Shown one piece after another: positions 8,119 to 15,207 of a stretch of 64,000 nucleotides of DNA. The DNA is from Anaerolineae bacterium (GTDB lineage: Bacteria > Chloroflexota > Anaerolineae > Aggregatilineales > UBA3940). The stretch covers positions 15,728 through 79,727 of the forward strand of contig JBNKDD010000001.1 of assembly GCA_050288085.1 (NCBI GenBank), in the 5' to 3' direction. Under the pieces are notes generated by a model that saw nothing but the letters and a program-made list of their open reading frames with translations, did no database searches and was not told the origin of the DNA. Position 1 is the first letter of the stretch; the number at the start of each line of letters is the position of its first letter. A program made the translations under genes and the position numbers.

Positions 8119-8700
8119 CTATTCAAGCTGATGGATCGCGTTTGCCGCGGTACGGCGCACTTTGCTGTTTGAGTCGCGCAGGGCTGCTTTCAACGCATCA
8201 ACCGCTAAACGATCTCCTAATTGTCCCAATGTTTTGGCCGCCGCCACTCGCACACGCCAGCTCTCATCCTCACGGAGCAAACCGATCAGGGGCTGGAGTG
8301 CATCGTTCTCTCCGATCTTGCCCAGCGCATAGGCGATTGACTGCCGCACATCAACACTGCTGTCCGGTAGTACCCCGATCAGATCGTGCACGGCTGCCCC
8401 ATCGCCAATGTTCCCCAATGCCCAGACAACATTGCAGCGGACATTATCGTCTGAATCGTAGAGGGCTGTCAGTAAATCCGGTACGGCAGCCGCCAGACCG
8501 ATCATACCTAATTCCCAGGCGGCATTGCTACGTTGAGCCGGATCATTGCTGTGTAAACTCTCCAGTGGGATCTGAAGCACTTCTTTTCCCATTCGCCTCA
8601 AGGTCCGTGCTGCTGCCTCGCGGATATGATCATCGGCATGGCGCAGTGCTTCGAGCAGTTCGGGAATGGGAGATTTTTCATTGCCGTCGTGATTTGACAC
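8119..8700 (-). CDS. HEAT-repeat (PBS-lyase-like) protein
   Basis: Repeated D..VR..A..ALG.IGD..AV..L units. Its stop lies only 8 nt before the tag start. Confidence 0.75.
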   Translation of the reverse strand: MSNHDGNEKSPIPELLEALRHADDHIREAAARTLRRMGKEVLQIPLESLHSNDPAQRSNAAWELGMIGLAAAVPDLLTALYDSDDNVRCNVVWALGNIGDGAAVHDLIGVLPDSSVDVRQSIAYALGKIGENDALQPLIGLLREDESWRVRVAAAKTLGQLGDRLAVDALKAALRDSNSKVRRTAANAIHQLE

Positions 8701-8932
8701 CTATATACCTTCCTTTCATATGCGGGACTTTATAATACCGTTAAGTCGATTAGTGTTCTAAAATTGTTCTCACTGGGTTACAATTGCAGAGAGTTTTCTT
8801 TTATCTGAGTTGATTGAGTTGGGCCAGACGATAGATTTTTATAGCCCAACTGCATAGGAATTAGACAAGGTTTCGAAAACCAAAGGTTTATAACGATTAT
8901 CTAGTTCCACTTAAAGCGTAACGAGGAAAATC

Positions 8933-10411
8933 ATGGAAAGACATATCCGCACAAAAATCGTGTGTACTGTTGGGCCCGCATCGCGTGAGCCTGAAATGTT
9001 GGAAAAACTAATCAAAGCCGGAATGAACGTCGCCCGGCTTAACTTCTCCCATGCCAACCGGGAAGAACACAGCGAAAATATCGACCGGATCCGCGCAGCT
9101 TCCGCCGCTGTCGGAAAACCGGTTGCGATCATGACTGACCTGCAAGGCCCCAAAATTCGCGTGGACAAAGTCGTGGAGGAAGGGGTCCCGATTAGATCGG
9201 GTGAGCGGATCAAGCTCACCGCTGAGGATGTTATCGGTCACCGGGAAGACTCCGGCGATATCTGCGCCACAATCCCCCTTCAATTTAAATCCCTGCCCAA
9301 ATATGTAAAGCCCGGAGAACCTATCTTAATCGATGATGGCCTGATTGAACTCTCCGTACTTGAAACGTCTGACTTTGATATCCTATGCGAGGTCGTTACC
9401 GGTGGGGTGATCAAGGGCAATAAGGGGATCAACCTGCCTGGAACCAATCTACCTGTCCCGGCAGTTACCGAGAAAGATCGAGAAGACCTGGAATTTGCCC
9501 TGTCAAGAGGGGTTGATCTGGTGGCATTATCTTTTGTGCGGCAGCCTGAAGACGTGCACCAGTTAAAGAAGCCGATTGCTGACTGCTGCCCGGAAGGTGA
9601 ACGCGCACTGGTCATTGCCAAGATCGAGAAGCCGCAAGCGCTCGCCCATATCGAGGAGATTATCTCGGCGGCGGATGGGATCATGGTGGCCCGCGGCGAT
9701 CTGGGGATCGAGATTCCGGCAGAGCGCGTGCCGGTTGCCCAGAAGCGGCTGATCCGGGAAGCTAACAAAGTCGGCAAGCCGGTTATCACCGCCACCCAGA
9801 TGCTTGATTCAATGATTCGCAACCCGCGTCCCACCCGTGCCGAAGCCAGCGATGTAGCCAATGCTATCCTGGATGGCACTGATGCCATTATGTTGTCGGG
9901 CGAGACGGCGGTTGGCAAATACCCCTTAGAGGCGGTGCGGACGATGGTTCAAATCGCATCGGAGATCGAAGAAGCATTCAAGCCGGATCAATGGAAAGCG
10001 CCCCGGCATGTTAACTTTATCCTGGATGATGTGACCGATGCCGTCAGCCATGCGACCTGTGAAATGGCCTACAGCCTGCACGCGGCGGCCATCATTACCG
10101 CGACAGCCAGCGGCAAGACGGCTCGTTCAGTGGCTCGTTATCGCCCCTTAACGCCGATTATCGCCGTGACACCCAATCCCAATACCCATCGCCAATTGAT
10201 GTTAAGCTGGGGGGTGATCGCTTTGCAGGGAGAGCCTGTTCAAAATACCGACCGTTTGCTGCATCACTCGATTGAAAAGGCTTACGAAGCCGGGTTGATC
10301 CAGCCCGGAGAGAAGGTGGTTTTGACTGCCGGGGTTGCCAACAATATGCCGGGCACTGCCAACCTGATGACGGTTGAACAGGTCCCTGATCTGAATGGAG
10401 AAACGGAATAG
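8933..10411 (+). CDS. pyk: pyruvate kinase
   Basis: Motifs RLNFSHANREEH, MVARGDLGIEIP and TQMLDSM. GAGGAAAA SD precedes the ATG. Confidence 0.95.
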   Translation: MERHIRTKIVCTVGPASREPEMLEKLIKAGMNVARLNFSHANREEHSENIDRIRAASAAVGKPVAIMTDLQGPKIRVDKVVEEGVPIRSGERIKLTAEDVIGHREDSGDICATIPLQFKSLPKYVKPGEPILIDDGLIELSVLETSDFDILCEVVTGGVIKGNKGINLPGTNLPVPAVTEKDREDLEFALSRGVDLVALSFVRQPEDVHQLKKPIADCCPEGERALVIAKIEKPQALAHIEEIISAADGIMVARGDLGIEIPAERVPVAQKRLIREANKVGKPVITATQMLDSMIRNPRPTRAEASDVANAILDGTDAIMLSGETAVGKYPLEAVRTMVQIASEIEEAFKPDQWKAPRHVNFILDDVTDAVSHATCEMAYSLHAAAIITATASGKTARSVARYRPLTPIIAVTPNPNTHRQLMLSWGVIALQGEPVQNTDRLLHHSIEKAYEAGLIQPGEKVVLTAGVANNMPGTANLMTVEQVPDLNGETE

Positions 10412-10414
10412 CTT

Positions 10415-11314
10415 ATGAAGCTTGTCACTTATTATCAGGCGGGAACCAGCCGGTTAGGTGCTGTTATGGGTGATGTCGTAATCGACCTGGCAGGAGCTCA
10501 AGCTGCCCGGCAGGGAGAAGATTTCCCCGCCGACATGCTGACCTTTTTGCAGGCTGGGGATGAAGCCCGGCAAACAGCGGGCGAGATCATCGAATGGGTT
10601 GAATCGAACCGCAAAAGCGCTGAAGAACCGTTTGTTCATGCGCTGTCCGATCTGACGCTTGCGCCACCAATTCTGAACCCCAGCAAGATTATCTGCGTGG
10701 GACTTAACTATGCCGATCACTGCCGTGAACAAAATATCGATCTGCCGAAAAGCCCGGTGTTATTCGCCAAATTCCCCACTGCGCTGATCGGAATCAATGA
10801 GGCGATCACCTGGCCTGCCGAGTCGAGCCAGCAGGTTGATTACGAGGCTGAACTGGCCGTCGTGATCGGGCGCGAAGCGAAGAATGTCTCGGAAGATGAA
10901 GCATACCGTTATGTAGCAGGCTGTACCATCGTCAATGATGTGAGTGCCCGTGATGTGCAATTTTCCGACGGTCAGTGGATTCGGGGTAAGTCCTTCGATA
11001 CCTTTTGCCCAATGGGGCCATACCTGGTCACGATGGATGAAATCGATGATCCGCAAGAACTGGATATCCGCTGCCGGGTTAACGGGGAACTCCGCCAGGA
11101 TTCCAATACTCGCGAGATGATCTTCCAGATACCCTTCCTGATTTCCTTTATCTCGAAGACCAGCACCTTGCTCCCCGGCGATGTGATCAGCACCGGTACA
11201 CCGGCAGGCGTTGGGGTTTTCCGCAATCCCAAAGTTTTTCTCAAGCCGGGTGATGTAGTCGAGGTCGAGATCGAGACACTTGGCCTGCTGCGGAATTCTG
11301 TCATAGGAGGCTAA
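10415..11314 (+). CDS. fumarylacetoacetate hydrolase (FAH) family protein
   Basis: ICVGLNYADH, EAELAVVIG and GDVISTGTPAGVG motifs. It starts 3 nt after the pyk stop. Confidence 0.85.
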   Translation: MKLVTYYQAGTSRLGAVMGDVVIDLAGAQAARQGEDFPADMLTFLQAGDEARQTAGEIIEWVESNRKSAEEPFVHALSDLTLAPPILNPSKIICVGLNYADHCREQNIDLPKSPVLFAKFPTALIGINEAITWPAESSQQVDYEAELAVVIGREAKNVSEDEAYRYVAGCTIVNDVSARDVQFSDGQWIRGKSFDTFCPMGPYLVTMDEIDDPQELDIRCRVNGELRQDSNTREMIFQIPFLISFISKTSTLLPGDVISTGTPAGVGVFRNPKVFLKPGDVVEVEIETLGLLRNSVIGG

Positions 11315-11317
11315 CGG

Positions 11318-12358
11318 ATGAAAGACGTGCTGGCCAGCCTTGAAAAATGGCGGCAGGGCAATGAACAGATCGCTGTTGCAACCGTGGTAGACACCTGGGG
11401 ATCGGCTCCCCGACCGGTTGGCTCCAAGCTGGCGACCACGCTTGGCGGGGGTGTAACCGGCTCGGTGAGCGCCGGATGTGTCGAAGGGGCCGTGATCGAA
11501 GAGAGCCGGTCCGTGCTTGAGTCGGGTGAATCGCGCCTGCTGACCTATGGTGTAGCAGATGAGGATGCCTGGGAGGTTGGATTAACCTGCGGTGGCACGA
11601 TCAAGGTATTTGTCGAACCACTGTCGGCCTGGGACTCGGTGTACGATCCGCTCAAGCAGCGGCTCGATAGCCGCGAACCGATGGCGGTGGTTAGCGTATT
11701 GGAGGGACCAGCCGACCAGATTCACCACAAGCTGCTGGTGACAAAAGACGGTCTGACCGAGGGTAACCTGGAACTGCCGGGGCAGATGGAAACTATCACC
11801 CAGTCAGCCCTGGATTACCTGGCGCGGGGCAAAGGCGGCACGTTCGAATTATCTGAAGACACAATGCTGTTTGTCGAGGTCTATTCCCAGGTCTCCTGCC
11901 TGATCATCGTTGGTGCGGTTCATATCGCCGAGCCGCTGGTTGTGCTGGCAAATACCCTGGAGTTTGACACGATTGTTGTCGATCCCCGTGCCGCTTTTAC
12001 GACCCGCGAACGCTTCCCACATGCGACAGAATTGATCAAACAATACCCGCAGCGCGCCTTACCCGATCTGGAACTGGATCAGGCTTCTTATGTCGTCACG
12101 CTGACTCACGATCCGAAGCTTGATGACCCGGCTTTGCAGATTGCTTTGCAATCGAATGCCCGTTACGTTGGTGCGCTTGGCAGCCGCCGCACCAACCAGA
12201 AACGGATCGAACGGTTACGCGAAGCCGGGTTAACCGATGACCAACTGGCTCGTCTTCATGCGCCGGTTGGCTTGTCGCTGGGTGGTCGTTCCCCCGCCGA
12301 AATTGCCATCAGCATTATGGCTGAGATCGTGCAGGTAAAGAACACTTCATCAATTTGA
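11318..12358 (+). CDS. XdhC/CoxI-family molybdoenzyme maturation factor
   Basis: The N-terminal XdhC_CoxI-like region has CGG motifs. The C-terminal region is Rossmann-like (LIIVGAVHIAEPL). AGGAGG SD is present. Confidence 0.8.
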   Translation: MKDVLASLEKWRQGNEQIAVATVVDTWGSAPRPVGSKLATTLGGGVTGSVSAGCVEGAVIEESRSVLESGESRLLTYGVADEDAWEVGLTCGGTIKVFVEPLSAWDSVYDPLKQRLDSREPMAVVSVLEGPADQIHHKLLVTKDGLTEGNLELPGQMETITQSALDYLARGKGGTFELSEDTMLFVEVYSQVSCLIIVGAVHIAEPLVVLANTLEFDTIVVDPRAAFTTRERFPHATELIKQYPQRALPDLELDQASYVVTLTHDPKLDDPALQIALQSNARYVGALGSRRTNQKRIERLREAGLTDDQLARLHAPVGLSLGGRSPAEIAISIMAEIVQVKNTSSI

Positions 12359-12958
12359 TCACATGTCAAGATGACTTTGCCAGATCAGATGCCGGTTATG
12401 CGATGCCTGGAAAATGAGCATCATGCGAGCCGGCTGGTCGGTGGTGTTATGAAAGCAGTGAGGTTGGGTAGCTTCAAATAACAGGCTATCCCCGGACTGC
12501 AAGGTGTAAACTTGGTTGCTAATTTGATATGTCACTTCCCCTTCCAGGCAGTGCACAAACTCTTCGCCTGGATGTGTAATAGGAGAAGTGGCGCTTCCTG
12601 CCCCTGGTTCAATCGTGACCAGAAAGGGTTCGACCTGCTGGTTAGGTAGGCCGTTACCCAGATTTTCCATGATGATGCCGCTGCTTCTGGAGCGAGGGCG
12701 CTGGTTGTGTTTAATAAAGACGATCACCTGGTCAGCTTCGTCTTCGAAGAAATCGGTGATCGGGACTTCCAATGCAAGGGCCAGTTGATGCAGCGAGGTA
12801 AGGGTTGGTGAACTCTCTCCTCGCTCTATCCGGCTGATCGCATTGATCGATAAGTTGCATCGCCTGGCGATTGCCCGCAGCGATAATCGCCGCTGCTCTC
12901 TGAGCGCCCGGATTCGCGCTCCTACATCAGGCTCAATAGACATTTCCACTTGGAACAA
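12359..12958 (-). CDS. XRE-family transcriptional regulator with C-terminal cupin domain
   Basis: HTH LSLRAIARRCNLSINAISRIERGESSPTLTSL, followed by a cupin-like C-terminal half (GEEFVHCLEGEV..SGDSLLF). Confidence 0.85.
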   Translation of the reverse strand: MFQVEMSIEPDVGARIRALREQRRLSLRAIARRCNLSINAISRIERGESSPTLTSLHQLALALEVPITDFFEDEADQVIVFIKHNQRPRSRSSGIIMENLGNGLPNQQVEPFLVTIEPGAGSATSPITHPGEEFVHCLEGEVTYQISNQVYTLQSGDSLLFEATQPHCFHNTTDQPARMMLIFQASHNRHLIWQSHLDM

Positions 12959-12980
12959 CTCCTATCACTAGCGTAGAATA

Positions 12981-13015
12981 TGTATCATTGTATAGGCACA
13001 AAGTACATCTATACA
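12981..13015. promoter_or_regulatory. candidate operator in the divergent regulator/NifX-like intergenic region
   Basis: TGTATAG-N13-CTATACA inverted repeat (12989-13015), preceded by a TGTATC direct repeat. Confidence 0.25.
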
Positions 13016-13127
13016 AGTTTTGTGTGACAGATGTTCATTTTGCAAATAGACTTAACCCTGTAATATGAAAACGTACCCAGAACTGGTAAGTTGCTGGGCA
13101 TCTTTGTTCATAGAAAGGGAAATCAGG

Positions 13128-13526
13128 ATGAAAATCGCGGCGATAACCGACGATGGAGAAACCATCAGCATGCATTTTGGACGGGCACGGCATTACCTGG
13201 TTTGCACTATTGAGGATGGTCAGATCGCACAACGCGAATTACGCGATAAAATGGGGCATCATGACTTCGCCGGGCATCATGATCATGAGGAAAGCGATCC
13301 ACGTGGACACGGATTTGGTGCAGGCCCGGCGAAACGCCACGCCAGTATGATCGCTGCCATCACCGATTGTGAAGCCCTGCTGGTGCGCGGAATGGGTCGA
13401 GGGGCCTATATTGCGCTGGAAGAGGCTGATATTAAGCCAGTCGTAACCGACATCGAGAATATTGACAAAGCCGTCCAGGCTTATATAGATGGAGAGATTG
13501 TTGATCATACGGAGCGTCTGCACTGA
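13128..13526 (+). CDS. NifB/NifX-family (dinitrogenase FeMo-cofactor-binding domain) protein with a His-rich insert
   Basis: MKIAAITDDGETISMHFGRARHYLV and the C-terminal VRGMGRGA motif are typical of the family. The insert is HHDFAGHHDHEESDPRGHG. Start moved to ATG 13128 (GAAAGGGAAA SD). Confidence 0.7.
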   Translation: MKIAAITDDGETISMHFGRARHYLVCTIEDGQIAQRELRDKMGHHDFAGHHDHEESDPRGHGFGAGPAKRHASMIAAITDCEALLVRGMGRGAYIALEEADIKPVVTDIENIDKAVQAYIDGEIVDHTERLH

Positions 13527-13541
13527 AATTAGGAGGAAACG

Positions 13542-14375
13542 ATGATCACAGTGCGCTGTGTGGTAGAAAATTCTGCCACACGGGGTTCGTCTTTCTGGGC
13601 GGAACACGGGATTTCATTCCACATCGACACTCCCAACGGGCAGGTTTTATTTGATACCGGGCAGAGCGGCCAGGTTTTTCTTCATAATGCCGAACAGTTT
13701 GACCTTGACCTCGGCCAGATCGATGCTTTGGCGATCAGCCATGCTCATTATGATCATACCGGCGGGTTGGAGTTAGTACTTCCACACCTCCGCACTATGA
13801 TCCCCCTGTATGCACATGCTGACCTGTTTCGTGAGCGGTATACACAACGTGAAGAAAAATACGTCTCGATTGGACTGCCGCTGCCCCGCGAGAAACTGAC
13901 CCAACAGGTTGAGTTATGCCTGAGCACCGAGCCGGCAGAGATCATACCGGGGGTCTGGACGACCGGCGATATTGTCGAACGCCCGGAATTTGAAGGGCGC
14001 AGTTCACAGCACCGGATTCAGATCGATGGGCAGTGGCAGCCTGATCCTTATCGGGATGATCTTTCGCTGGTACTGGAAACCGATTCTGGGTTAGTATTGC
14101 TGTGTGGCTGCTGCCATGCTGGTTTGCTGAACACCTTGAAGCATGTCAAGCGGCTTTTCAAGAAGGATATCCATACGGTGATCGGTGGGACGCATCTGGT
14201 CAGTGCTACACCGGAGATGCTGCAAAGAGCCGTGGATGTGGTCGCCTCCACTTATGGTGTCAAACGCCTGTATCCCAGTCACTGCTCTGGCGAACGGGCT
14301 TACATCACTCTGGCAAACGCCTTTGGGGAAAACGTGCAGCCTTTTCCGGCGGGCAGCATATCAACATTTGAGTAA
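13542..14375 (+). CDS. MBL-fold metallo-hydrolase, MJ0301/COG1237-like
   Basis: HxHxDH motif SHAHYDHTGG, and EHGISFHIDT..VLFDTGQSG as in the MJ0301-type subgroup. AGGAGG SD is present. Confidence 0.75.
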   Translation: MITVRCVVENSATRGSSFWAEHGISFHIDTPNGQVLFDTGQSGQVFLHNAEQFDLDLGQIDALAISHAHYDHTGGLELVLPHLRTMIPLYAHADLFRERYTQREEKYVSIGLPLPREKLTQQVELCLSTEPAEIIPGVWTTGDIVERPEFEGRSSQHRIQIDGQWQPDPYRDDLSLVLETDSGLVLLCGCCHAGLLNTLKHVKRLFKKDIHTVIGGTHLVSATPEMLQRAVDVVASTYGVKRLYPSHCSGERAYITLANAFGENVQPFPAGSISTFE

Positions 14376-15134
14376 TTGAACATGAAACTAATCGAACAAT
14401 TGGTGTCGAGCCTTGCTGATGGCAGGGTGATCGAAGTGCGGATTGGCTTGCATTGGACGGCGGTTGTCGCTGAGGTTGATGGCGTCCGGCGCTGCGGCCT
14501 GGCTTCAACGGTGGTGGCAAATCATGTACATGGTACACTCGATGTGCCACAGGCCGGGCAGCTTGAGGCGTTCACCGGCCTGGAACTGGCCGCGATGGCA
14601 AACAGCGGACAGGCAACTTTAACCAGTGTTGGTATCGCCGCCATCAATGCGCTGTTAGAGCCTCAGCCCGAAACCTGGGTGGACATCAACGCAGAGGATG
14701 TGATTATCGCGCATGGGCAGGGTAAAAAAGTCGCGTTGATCGGGCATTTTCCTTTTCCGAATGTGCGATCAAATGTCGGGGAACTGTCTATCATTGAGCA
14801 GAATCCACAGCCGGGTGAATATCCGCCAGAAGCAGCCGCGGACATTCTACCCAATGCTGATGTGGTTGCGATCACGGGGATGACGTTGATCAACGGAACC
14901 CTGGAGAATTTGCTGAAACAATGCTCCCCTGATGCTACCGTCCTGGTTTTGGGGCCAAGCACACCCTTAACCCCGCTAATGTATGATTGGAACATTGACT
15001 TACTCTCTGGTGCGGTGGTTGAGAAGATTGAACCGGTGCTCCACTTTGTCAGCCAGGGGGCCTGCTTCCGGCAGATCAAAAAGGTTGGTGTGCGCCTGGT
15101 GAGCGTGGCCCGACCGGGATTGACGGTCAGGTAG
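14376..15134 (+). CDS. DUF4213/DUF364 (putative heavy-metal chelation) domain protein
   Basis: GLHWTAVV...CGLAST N-terminal part, and a Rossmann-like C-terminal part (KVALIGHFPF). It starts immediately after the MBL gene stop. Confidence 0.6.
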   Translation: MNMKLIEQLVSSLADGRVIEVRIGLHWTAVVAEVDGVRRCGLASTVVANHVHGTLDVPQAGQLEAFTGLELAAMANSGQATLTSVGIAAINALLEPQPETWVDINAEDVIIAHGQGKKVALIGHFPFPNVRSNVGELSIIEQNPQPGEYPPEAAADILPNADVVAITGMTLINGTLENLLKQCSPDATVLVLGPSTPLTPLMYDWNIDLLSGAVVEKIEPVLHFVSQGACFRQIKKVGVRLVSVARPGLTVR

Positions 15135-15148
15135 AAGATTGTATAAGC

Positions 15149-15179
15149 ACACGACCCGGAAAAAATATCCGGGTCGTGT
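15149..15179. terminator. strong hairpin between convergent operons
   Basis: 11-bp perfect stem ACACGACCCGG / CCGGGTCGTGT with an A-rich loop. There is no clear U-tract on either side. Confidence 0.45.
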
Positions 15180-15207
15180 CTTAGGGTGGTTATGTGAGGA
15201 ATAATTG

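Noticed and set aside
9280-9918. Long antisense ORFs opposite well-supported genes: 9280-9918 opposite pyk, 50317-50976 and 51008-51562 opposite hydB/hydG, 57111-57683 opposite glyA, 18607-19215 opposite folE, 1088-1681 opposite the ABC genes, 8103-8735 opposite the HEAT gene.
   Set aside because: They lie entirely inside genes with clear catalytic motifs on the other strand. Their composition is low-complexity (Arg/Ser/Pro-rich), typical of shadow ORFs in GC-rich DNA, and they have no SD-like elements.
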